Below, in pieces: positions 8,090 through 16,495 of a stretch of 64,000 nucleotides of DNA. The translations under genes were made by a program, and so were the position numbers. Source of the DNA: an uncultured delta proteobacterium (GTDB taxonomy: Bacteria; Desulfobacterota; Syntrophia; Syntrophales; Fen-1087); assembly GCA_963709485.1 (NCBI GenBank), contig CAVPWE010000007.1, positions 78,858-142,857 of the forward strand. The letters run 5' to 3'. The stretch's first letter is position 1. Each line of letters begins with the position of its first letter. Under the pieces are notes generated by a model. That model did no database searches. It saw only the letters and a list, made by a program, of their open reading frames with translations, and had not been told where the DNA came from.

Positions 8090-8866
8090 ATGAAAACTTT
8101 GAGAAAGATGTTGACTCCCCTCGTGGCCATCTTACTGTTTTTTTCGGTTTGTCCTCTTCCTGCATTTTCAGATGTTATCTATCAGGAGGACTTTGAAGGA
8201 TCACCAGCGCTGACGAACTGGAGCATTACTTCTTCGATTCACCCAGCCCTATCTTCATATGGTCTGCAAGTCACTCAAGACCTTACCGGGAATCGCCTCC
8301 TGGGCTCCAGTGCCGCACCCAATGCAGCCGGGCTCTTCAACTACGCCGAAAAAGTGCAACTTGCTTTGGATGCTCAGGCGGGTTCCTATTCAATCTGGTT
8401 TGACCTATACGCTATTTACACATGGGATGGGGACGGCTCTGGTTGCTGCGGCCCGGATCCCTTCGATTTTTCAATTAATGGCATTAATCGCCTGAGTGTC
8501 ACTCCTAATATGATTGCTACAGGGGTTTACGAAAACTTATCCGGCATTAATCCTCTCTTTCAATATACTTATAATGGCACTGAACTCCCGGGGCAGCAAG
8601 GAAATGTGATTGATGTATGGGCGGCCATTTATACCTTCAAAATCGATTTCGCTCATTCAGGTGGACAATTGTTATTTGAATTCTGGGGGCATCCGGATCA
8701 ATCACGCCAACAGAATTATGATTCCGGTTATCCTGATGAACCCTGGGCCTTGGACAATATCAAGGTAAGCAAGGTGAACACACCCCCTGTCCCCGAACCG
8801 GCCACCATGCTACTTCTTGGACTGGGTCTGATGGGGCTGGCAGGGGTGAGGAGGAAGAGGTTTTAA
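8090..8866 (+). CDS. PEP-CTERM sorting-domain protein (paralog 2)
   Basis: The 258-aa product has a signal peptide and the C-terminus VPEPATMLLLGLGLMGLAGVRRKRF. Confidence 0.9.
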   Translation: MKTLRKMLTPLVAILLFFSVCPLPAFSDVIYQEDFEGSPALTNWSITSSIHPALSSYGLQVTQDLTGNRLLGSSAAPNAAGLFNYAEKVQLALDAQAGSYSIWFDLYAIYTWDGDGSGCCGPDPFDFSINGINRLSVTPNMIATGVYENLSGINPLFQYTYNGTELPGQQGNVIDVWAAIYTFKIDFAHSGGQLLFEFWGHPDQSRQQNYDSGYPDEPWALDNIKVSKVNTPPVPEPATMLLLGLGLMGLAGVRRKRF

Positions 8867-8898
8867 AAGTCTTGAAACCTGATGTTAGGGAGGATTTG

Positions 8899-9489
8899 AT
8901 GATGAAAAAATATTTAATGTTTCTATTCGTCATAGCCTTCATCTTCCTCGGAACGGCGATGGAGGTGAAAGCATTCCCAAGCCTTATCAACGTTGACAGT
9001 TCAAGCAATAACTATGCAGGCAATGATTCGCCACCCGCACTGGCATCCGGGATAGGACCATATGGTTATATGGACGGAATTTCCTTCTATTTCCCCGCAG
9101 GCATTTACAGTTTTTCGGTATACGATGGCGCCTGGAATGCGTGGGGTGATAATGTGGTCAATGATACCAATGGTGATGGCATATTGGACCAAGGTTGGAT
9201 GTGGTCAATGTTTATCTATAATGAAAACACGGGTGCAAAATATCAGTTGGGAGATTGGACCGTTAAATTCAATTCTCCTGCTAACGCATTGAATGCCTTT
9301 AGTGGTAACATTGTAACCGTAAATCAGCCTTTGGCTGGGAATATCTGGTTTTTTATTGAAGATGGATACACCAGCGATAATTTTGGCTCTGTTACTGCAC
9401 TTGCCAAAGCCGTCCCCGAACCTGCCACCATGCTGCTTCTTGGCCTGGGTCTGATGGGACTGGTGGGAATTAGAAGAAAGATGAAATGA
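8899..9489 (+). CDS. PEP-CTERM sorting-domain protein (paralog 3)
   Basis: The ORF track gives 8872..9489. I chose the ATG at 8899 because it follows a GGGAGG RBS (MMKKYLMFLFV... signal peptide). The C-terminus is VPEPATMLLLGLGLMGLVGIRRKMK. Confidence 0.9.
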   Translation: MMKKYLMFLFVIAFIFLGTAMEVKAFPSLINVDSSSNNYAGNDSPPALASGIGPYGYMDGISFYFPAGIYSFSVYDGAWNAWGDNVVNDTNGDGILDQGWMWSMFIYNENTGAKYQLGDWTVKFNSPANALNAFSGNIVTVNQPLAGNIWFFIEDGYTSDNFGSVTALAKAVPEPATMLLLGLGLMGLVGIRRKMK

Positions 9490-9543
9490 TGCACTTCTTC
9501 AAGATTCACAAGTTACTGAAAATGGATTAAGGAGGGGAAGGCC

Positions 9544-10164
9544 ATGAAAAGAGCATTGATTGCAACATTACTGATTTTTTTGTTGTTTCCCGTTTCCGTC
9601 CTTGCCCATCCCGTGAACGCATCTTTAAGCGGTGAATATAGTATCAATGTTCAAACTGTTAATATTGGTGTGGATGCATGGAAGTTTATTTATACGATAA
9701 CGAACAATTCGGAAGGGAGCGGAATCTATACCGGTTTGGATGCTTTCTTTGTAATGGTGCCTCTGACAGCAACCATATCAAACATTCAAGCTCCTGATCC
9801 GTATATTGATGTTCCTTATGCATACTGGGCAACTTATAATGACACCTATCCTCCGATAGATACTTCAACCTATCAATGGCTGAAATTTTGGGGAGCAGAC
9901 CCATCATCGGTTTACCCTGTCGGCACATCGGCCGTATTCAGTTTCGATGCCGCTAATGTGCAAATTGGAACCAATCAAGGCTATGTTGTCACTTATTTCT
10001 ACGATGACGCTCAGAGTTCCACAAACCCCAACGATTGGTATCATGCCTACTACTCTCAAATCACAGGGCCAGTCCCCGGCCCCGTCCCCGAACCCACCAC
10101 GATGCTTCTTCTTGGCCTCGGGTTGATGGGATTGGCAGGGGTGAGGAAGAGGTTTGAGCGTTAA
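9544..10164 (+). CDS. PEP-CTERM sorting-domain protein (paralog 4)
   Basis: The 206-aa product has a signal peptide and the C-terminus VPEPTTMLLLGLGLMGLAGVRKRFER. Confidence 0.9.
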   Translation: MKRALIATLLIFLLFPVSVLAHPVNASLSGEYSINVQTVNIGVDAWKFIYTITNNSEGSGIYTGLDAFFVMVPLTATISNIQAPDPYIDVPYAYWATYNDTYPPIDTSTYQWLKFWGADPSSVYPVGTSAVFSFDAANVQIGTNQGYVVTYFYDDAQSSTNPNDWYHAYYSQITGPVPGPVPEPTTMLLLGLGLMGLAGVRKRFER

Positions 10165-10467
10165 TCTGATTCAACAGAATTCAACGGCAATTTAAGGAGA
10201 CGACCATGAGAAGCATATTTCTAAAATGTGCGTTGTTCTTCTTGGGGTTGTTGACAGCATTTGTTCCTCTGAATCCCGCAGGGGCTGCACCTATATCCAT
10301 CGACATAACTGCCACAATAAGTTCGATTAGTGATTCGTATGGATTCTTGACTGGGCACATTGGTGTCGGTGACATCATCCACGGAACATATATCTACGAG
10401 ACAACCACAGCGGATACAAATGCCTTGTCCGAGGTCGGAGACTATCGGCATACGACTGCACCGTTCG

Positions 10468-12374
10468 CCGGGGTTCGACAGTCGTAGGCATTTTTTAGCC
10501 CTTTTGCTGGCGTAAGTGGTTGAAAATACGTGGTGGGACTTCCGGAAAACGGGAAAACGTGTAGGCATGCGAATATGATAATTGTACTTGACATGATTGG
10601 TAGTATGTGTTATATGAGTAGGCATGTATATAAGAACAATCTCCCGAAAGAACAAAGGCGGAACCACCACGACCTATGTCCAGTTGGCCCACAATGTTCG
10701 TGATCCCCAGACCGGGCAGCCACGGGCGGATGTCCTTTACAGTTTCGGGCGTGCCGATACCCTGGATGTTGATGCGATCAGGCGACTGACCAAAAGCCTT
10801 TCCCGCTTTCTTTCTCCTGAAGAGGCTTTGCAGATTCAGGGAGCTGCAGAGGGTGACACGCCGCTTCGATTTGTCAGGAGTTACCCCATGGGCGGCGCCT
10901 ATCTCCTGCGTGCCCTGTGGGAACAGCTGGGAATACCCAATGCTCTTTCTCAATGTATGAAAGATCGGTCGTTTACGTCGCCGGTGGAATGGGCGTCCTT
11001 TGCCATGGCGGCGAATCGCGCCTTGGCCCCTGACTCCAAGCGGGGAGTCGAGGAGTGGGTCAGAGACGATGTGGCACTGAGGAATCCAGAACCTATCGAG
11101 CTTCAGCATCTGTACCGGGCGATGGATGTTCTTCTGGAGTATCGGGAGATCATTCACAAAGAGGTCTTCTTTGCCGTGGCGGATCTTTTGAACCTGGAAG
11201 TGGATCTGATCTTCTTTGACACCACCAGCACCTACTTCGAGATGGATGAAGAGGATGAAGTCGGACTGCGGCAGTACGGTCACTCCAAGGATCACCGGTC
11301 GGATCTTCCGCAGATCGTCATTGGTCTGGCGGTGACGAAAGAGGGTATCCCGGTGAAGTGCTGGACCATGCCGGGGAATACGTCGGATATGAAGACGGTG
11401 GAGACGGTCAAAAATGATCTTCTCGGATGGAAGCTGGGTCGCTGCATCTGGGTCATGGACCGGGGAATGAACTCGGAAGATAACCGCCTGATCCTTCAGA
11501 AGGCCGGCGGTCATTATATTATCGGAGAGAAGCTCCGGGACAACCAGGAGGTCCACAGGGAGGTTCTGGCCAAGCGGGGCAGGTTTACCGCCATCCGGGA
11601 AAATCTGGAAATCAAGGAAGTTATTGTCGGCGATGGGGAGCGCCGCCGCCGGTTTATCCTGGTTCACAATCCCGAAGAGGCCAAAAAGGACAAAGCCACC
11701 CGTGAGAAGACGCTCAAAAAGATTGAGGAAGCGCTTAAGTCCATCAAGGAACAAAAGGGGCAATGTCACAAGAAAAACGTATGCGCCCTGCTGTCTCACC
11801 GAACGATGGGGAGATTCCTGAGGCAGCTGAAAACCGGCGCGATCAAGATCGACAAGGGCAAGATCAAAGAAGAGGCCCATCTGGACGGGAAGTATATCAT
11901 CTCCACCAGTGACGACACGCTGACACCGGAGGACATCGCCTTGGGTTACAAACAGCTGATGGAAGTTGAACGGGCCTTTCGGACCCTGAAGACGACCCTG
12001 GATCTGAGACCTGTCTATCATCGGAAGGATGAACGGATTCAAGCACACGTGTTTCTCTGCTTCCTCGCTCTCCTTTTGGTGAGGATTGCCGAGAGGAAAA
12101 CCAACATGACCTGGGACAGCATTAGAACCCAAATGGACCGTCTTCATCTTGGAGAATTTTTTTCAAAAGAAGGACGGGTTTTACAGACCACCGAACCGAC
12201 CCCTGAACAGTTGAACATATTGAAACAACTAAAAATATCACCGCCGCAACGGATAAGACACATCCAAATGACCCCCTGAATCTGTAGGCACACGCCTAAA
12301 AATCGAGCATGACTTATGTTTTCAATTTTACTTAACAATTTCAATCGCGCTTACCTAACGCTGTCGAAGGGGGG
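10468..12374 (+). mobile_element. IS1634-family (IS4-like) insertion sequence
   Basis: The ends are imperfect inverted repeats: TTCGACAGTCGTAGGCA on the left and TACCTAACGCTGTCGAA on the right. A 5-bp direct repeat GTTCG flanks the element (10463-10467 and 12375-12379). There is a single transposase gene. Confidence 0.75.
10624..12279 (+). CDS. IS1634-family DDE transposase
   Basis: The 551-aa product has the N-terminus MYIRTISRKNKGGTTTTYVQLAHNVRDPQTGQPRADVLYSFGRAD, typical of IS1634 transposases as I remember them. The antisense 550-aa ORF is a shadow. Confidence 0.85.
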   Translation: MYIRTISRKNKGGTTTTYVQLAHNVRDPQTGQPRADVLYSFGRADTLDVDAIRRLTKSLSRFLSPEEALQIQGAAEGDTPLRFVRSYPMGGAYLLRALWEQLGIPNALSQCMKDRSFTSPVEWASFAMAANRALAPDSKRGVEEWVRDDVALRNPEPIELQHLYRAMDVLLEYREIIHKEVFFAVADLLNLEVDLIFFDTTSTYFEMDEEDEVGLRQYGHSKDHRSDLPQIVIGLAVTKEGIPVKCWTMPGNTSDMKTVETVKNDLLGWKLGRCIWVMDRGMNSEDNRLILQKAGGHYIIGEKLRDNQEVHREVLAKRGRFTAIRENLEIKEVIVGDGERRRRFILVHNPEEAKKDKATREKTLKKIEEALKSIKEQKGQCHKKNVCALLSHRTMGRFLRQLKTGAIKIDKGKIKEEAHLDGKYIISTSDDTLTPEDIALGYKQLMEVERAFRTLKTTLDLRPVYHRKDERIQAHVFLCFLALLLVRIAERKTNMTWDSIRTQMDRLHLGEFFSKEGRVLQTTEPTPEQLNILKQLKISPPQRIRHIQMTP

Positions 12375-13438
12375 GTTCGGCATAACCCTGGAGGTAAACG
12401 GATTTTTATTTCGCACCGACCCGGGTGATGTCGATTTCCTGGTAGAGATTTGTAATGACCATAATGATAACCACGACGCTTACCTGCTGCGAAGTTATAA
12501 TAATCTTTTTGACATCTCGGTTCCTTTGGGTGATCCAAGCTTTACATGGTCCCGTGACAACCACATTCATTGGCAACTTTATGATAGCAGCCATACCGCT
12601 TTAGCGAGCACAGCGGGCACAGCGCTGCCAACAATGCCTCCGGTTCTGTCTGATTGGCCATCGCCTTACCGCCTGGACATCAGTAGTCAACAAATCTTCG
12701 GAGACACTCAAAGTTTTTACATCTTGGCCGATGTCAATTCGGTTGTCCTTTCCCCCACATCAGTTCCAGAACCTACCACGATGTTACTGCTCGGTCTTGG
12801 TCTGGTGGGACTTGCAGGAGTCAGGAGGAAGATTCAAAAATAAACTCGGTCACACAGTCGGGTTATGAACACCGCGGTTCTTACTTCGTGAAGGGTGAGG
12901 CAGAGTCAGAAATGGCCCTGCTTTTTTTTGTGTTAAGAACAAATAGATTTGTCCGGTTTTGTAACACATGAGTTGTCCGCTTTTTCTGTTCTTTGCCGGG
13001 GGGCTTTTGAGAACAGGAGGTGAGCGGCGGATATAGGTGGTCTGGGTTCTTAGGACAGGAGACAGGGGTTTATAAGTGGGAAAGCGCTCCTGGTTGATGG
13101 TCATGCCGCCTTTCCGGGCTTTACTTCCATGAGTTTCCCGTGCCTGTGTCTTCCGCTACGCTCCAGTTAGATGGAAACAGGCATCGTCATTTACAGAGGC
13201 GCAGCGCGATCGGCAACATGGTCAGGGCGGGCATACCCGAGCATGTTGCAATGAAGATATCCGGCCACAAGACAAGGAGTGTGTTCGACCGCTATTGTTT
13301 CCGGTCGTGATAAATTGAGCCAAAAATGGTCGTTTAAAAGTGAGCCACTTTGGGGGTGGATATGGTGAGAGAAAAGGGTATGGTGCCTTTTTTATCTCAG
13401 CGTGAGCGAGGTGGCGTATTGAAAAAAAGGAGACCGTT

Positions 13439-14695
13439 TTGGACATACTGGTGTTGGAGCGGAAGGGTTTGAGCCAGCGACAGATCGCCGGGAGGCTGGG
13501 GATCAGCCGCAACACGGTGAAGAAGTACATCGAGAATCAGGGCTACCCGGAGCGAGATCGGAGGGAGCGAAACCGGAAGAGCCTGCTGGATCCATTTCAG
13601 GGCAACATCGCTGCGTGGCTTGAAGAGGACATGGGGTACAAGGCGACATGGATATATGATCATCTTCGTCCCATGGGTTTTGCCGGGAGCTATGAGATCG
13701 TCAAAAGAGCGGTGCACGCGATCAAGGAGGAACGTCAGCGGATCGCCTACATGCGATTTGAGACGGAGCCGGGCTGCCAGTCCCAGGTGGATTTTGGCGA
13801 GTTTCAGTTTGATCGGGCCGACGGCACGGTTGAGAAGATTTATCTCTTTTCGATGATCCTGGGTTTTTCGCGGAGTCTCTACGGTGAGTTCGTCGATCGG
13901 TGCGATTTGCCGACCTTTCTGGCTTGTCATATTCATGCCTTCGACCATTTCGGCGGCGTGACCGAAGAGATCCTCTACGACCGGATGCGGAACGTTTTCA
14001 TCAGAAAGTTAGCCGGCAAGGACCAGTTCAACGACAGCCTGACGGGATTTGCCTTGCATTACGGTTTCAAGCCTCAGGTGGCTCCGCCTTATGCCGCCTG
14101 GGTGAAGGGGAAGGTGGAGCGGCCCTATCACTTCATCCGGGAGGGGTTCTGGCGGGGGTACGGATTCAGTTGCCTGGAGACGGCCAACAGGGACCTTCTC
14201 CAATGGCTTCAGCGCAAAGAGCAGCGGGTTCATGGGACAACCCATGAAGTGGTGTCGGAGCGATTCGAGCGCGAGCGGCCTCATTTACAGGCGCTGCCGC
14301 CGCAGGCATTCGACACCTCCTGGCGGGTCTACCGCAAGGTGAACAAAGACTGCACTGTCCGTTTTGAAGGCAACAGCTATGTGGTGCCTCATACCCTGGT
14401 GGGGAAGGATCTTGTCCTGCGGGTCAAGGACCGATCCATGCGGATCTTTTCGGATGATCATCTGATTGTGACCTACGAAATCCCTGAGGGTAAAGGACAT
14501 CTGGTGCAGGACAAGCGATTTTACGAGGCGCTGAAAAAGGATCGCGAGATGAACCGGCGCAAGTACGGCCAGGGCAGACGCGGCAAGGGTCGCGCCAAAT
14601 GCACGATCAGCCCGATCAAGCCGCTCTATGACATGGATGTTGAGATCCGTCCGCTCCATATTTATGACGGCATGATCGGGGAGGTGCGGATATGA
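13439..14695 (+). CDS. istA: IS21-family transposase IstA
   Basis: The 418-aa ORF starts at TTG after an AGGAG RBS. It has an N-terminal HTH (GLSQRQIAGRLGISRNTVKKYI) followed by a DDE integrase core. Confidence 0.9.
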   Translation: MDILVLERKGLSQRQIAGRLGISRNTVKKYIENQGYPERDRRERNRKSLLDPFQGNIAAWLEEDMGYKATWIYDHLRPMGFAGSYEIVKRAVHAIKEERQRIAYMRFETEPGCQSQVDFGEFQFDRADGTVEKIYLFSMILGFSRSLYGEFVDRCDLPTFLACHIHAFDHFGGVTEEILYDRMRNVFIRKLAGKDQFNDSLTGFALHYGFKPQVAPPYAAWVKGKVERPYHFIREGFWRGYGFSCLETANRDLLQWLQRKEQRVHGTTHEVVSERFERERPHLQALPPQAFDTSWRVYRKVNKDCTVRFEGNSYVVPHTLVGKDLVLRVKDRSMRIFSDDHLIVTYEIPEGKGHLVQDKRFYEALKKDREMNRRKYGQGRRGKGRAKCTISPIKPLYDMDVEIRPLHIYDGMIGEVRI

Positions 14696-15462
14696 GCGAT
14701 GCCCTGGTCCTGGATCGCATCCAGAGCAGCCTGACAAGGCTGAGGCTTCCGCGCATGGGTGAGATCCTGGAAAGTGTGATGCAGTCGGCACAGGAAGGAA
14801 GCAAGAGCTATCTGTCCTTTCTCGACGCACTTCTGGAAGAAGAGGTTGGCTGTCGGGAACAGCGCCGGATTGAAACATCCCTGAAGATATCGGGGCTTCC
14901 CTTCATCAAGAGCATCGACGAGTTCGATTTTTCCTTTCATCCCAAGCTGGATCGCCAGAAGGTGATGTCCCTTTTTGATCTGACCTTTATCCGGCAGAAG
15001 GGCAATGTGGTCTTTCTGGGACCCCCCGGTGTCGGCAAGACCCACCTGGCTGTATCTCTTGCGGTGAAAGCCTGTCAGGCCGGCTTGAGCATCTACTTTA
15101 CCACCATGGAGGATCTGATCGGAAAGTTGAAAAAAGACCATGGCGCCGAGCGGAAAGGCAGAGGCCGGGGCTACAACAAATCGGCGCTGGTGATCGTGGA
15201 TGAGGTTGGCTATACGCCGATCGACAGAGAGGAATGCAATCTCTTCTTCCGATTCATTGCCAATCGGTATGAGAAGGCCAGCACCATCATCACCTCCAAC
15301 AAGGCCTTCTCCGACTGGACGGAACTGTTTCATGATCCGGTCATTGTCACGGCCTTTCTGGATCGCCTGCTGCACCACAGTGTGGTCATCAACATGCGGG
15401 GCAACAGCTACAGGCTCCGTGGAAAGGTCGGAAAAGAGGGGGTGGAAATGAGCCGGTCATAA
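14692..15462 (+). CDS. istB: IS21-family helper ATPase IstB
   Basis: The 256-aa product has a Walker A motif (GPPGVGKTHLA) and a Walker B motif (LVIVDEVGY). Its start overlaps the istA stop. Confidence 0.9.
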   Translation: MSDALVLDRIQSSLTRLRLPRMGEILESVMQSAQEGSKSYLSFLDALLEEEVGCREQRRIETSLKISGLPFIKSIDEFDFSFHPKLDRQKVMSLFDLTFIRQKGNVVFLGPPGVGKTHLAVSLAVKACQAGLSIYFTTMEDLIGKLKKDHGAERKGRGRGYNKSALVIVDEVGYTPIDREECNLFFRFIANRYEKASTIITSNKAFSDWTELFHDPVIVTAFLDRLLHHSVVINMRGNSYRLRGKVGKEGVEMSRS

Positions 15463-15665
15463 GGTCAGGGTGGCTCAGTTTTCACGACCGAAAATGGCTC
15501 ACTTTGAAAAGACCGTTGACAGCTATAACATCGTGTCGCAGGATGACCTGAAGGAGGCGGCCTTAAAGCGGGAGAAATTCAGCAGAAAACAGGCGGGACA
15601 GTTACAATTTGCCCAAAAATGAGGCAAAGGGGCCGAGATTGCGGCTCGTAACCCCTTGATTTCAT

Positions 15666-15711
15666 TGGTGGGCCGTGTGAGGATTGAACTCACGACCAAC
15701 GGATTAAAAGT
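15666..15711 (-). repeat. Partial tRNA-Lys copy 2 (junction between islands A and B)
   Basis: TGGTGGGCCGTGTGAGGATTGAACTCACGACCAACGGATTAAAAGT is identical to 33073-33118. Confidence 0.9.
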
Positions 15712-15865
15712 TATTTCATTATGGATTAGGCCACCTTAAGCCTTGTGTCCTCTCATGTGTTTTTACGGGGGAAAAACCCTTTTAGGCACATTCCAATTAT
15801 CCGCTTGTGTTTTCCTGTATGCGCTTGCATACTTCACAGGCACTTCACAGTAAAAGGCAACGGCA

Positions 15866-16453
15866 ATGGCAAAGGACTGGAAACTGGATAGAGAGCATGT
15901 TGATTTGTGGGCTGAGTGGTTCAAGACACATGTGCCGGTTTGCCATGTTCAAGAATTATGGAAAATCGGGCAGAGTCCTGAGGAACTAAAAAGATTTGCG
16001 GATAAATTCTATGCGGATTTCGAAGGCGTTTTTAGACGCGAAAACAAAACGAAGGAAGATGTCAAAAGTGCGCTTTACCGGTCTTTGGAAAAACTGACAA
16101 TATATCCTTTTACAAAGCGAAGAAAATATCTCTTGGAAGATACCTTAAAAGAGTATTATCTCATAATCCAGACATTTTACGGCGAGCTGTATAAGCACGA
16201 AGCAGAACCATTTGAAACGGTGATAAATGAGGATGACGAAGAAGAAGGGGAACTTACTGACAATCCAAAAATTCCCATCAAGAAGCCTGACGAAGTCGAA
16301 AACGAAATTATTGAGCGCATGGAACCTGATTTAGAGAAATTGAGAGAGCAAGGCAAAAGCACAAGAGAGATTGCGGCAGTATTGAAGGGACAAAAGGGGA
16401 TGTCAAAAAGCACGATTCACAGGCGATTGAAAAAGGAGACAACGAAAAACTAA
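15866..16453 (+). CDS. Hypothetical protein with acidic linker and C-terminal HTH
   Basis: The 195-aa product has a C-terminus GKSTREIAAVLKGQKGMSKSTIHRRLKKE that looks like a resolvase/sigma-r4-type HTH. I do not recognise a family for the N-terminal part. Confidence 0.45.
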   Translation: MAKDWKLDREHVDLWAEWFKTHVPVCHVQELWKIGQSPEELKRFADKFYADFEGVFRRENKTKEDVKSALYRSLEKLTIYPFTKRRKYLLEDTLKEYYLIIQTFYGELYKHEAEPFETVINEDDEEEGELTDNPKIPIKKPDEVENEIIERMEPDLEKLREQGKSTREIAAVLKGQKGMSKSTIHRRLKKETTKN

Positions 16454-16495
16454 AGTCAATGCAAGGTATGATTTCATCAGTTTGAGGTGGCAATC

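Larger units (their letters stand above)
10206..12843 (+). pseudogene. PEP-CTERM paralog 5, split by an IS1634-family insertion
   Basis: The N-terminal part lies in ORF 10206..10487 and the C-terminal part in ORF 12316..12843, which ends VPEPTTMLLLGLGLVGLAGVRRKIQK. Removing 10468-12379 (the IS plus one GTTCG copy) joins them in frame as ...YRHTTAPF-G-ITLEVNGF..., giving a 241-aa ORF. Confidence 0.8.
13296..15521 (+). mobile_element. IS21-family insertion sequence (istA-istB)
   Basis: The termini are TGTTTCCGGTCGTGA... on the left and ...GACCGTTGACA on the right, and both ends contain reiterated GGTCG..GAGCCA sub-repeats. A 5-bp target duplication GCTAT flanks the element (13291-13295 and 15522-15526). 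Confidence 0.85.
13098..15622 (+). pseudogene. Tyrosine-recombinase (integrase) remnant of island A, N-terminally truncated and split by IS21
   Basis: The sequence ...[33 protein letters not shown] ends at 13295 and resumes at 15527 as NIVSQDDLKEAALKREKF...*, with the stop at 15620-15622. This is the conserved C-terminus of phage-type integrases, including the catalytic Tyr region. No N-terminal or core domain is found upstream. Confidence 0.6.
6347..15665. mobile_element. Island A: decayed tRNA-Lys integrative island carrying a PEP-CTERM gene cassette
   Basis: The island is bounded by tRNA-fragment copies 1 and 2. An integrase remnant abuts copy 2. The sequence is visibly AT-richer than the flanks, carries two IS insertions, and has an 11-mer shared by both ends. 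Confidence 0.6.
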
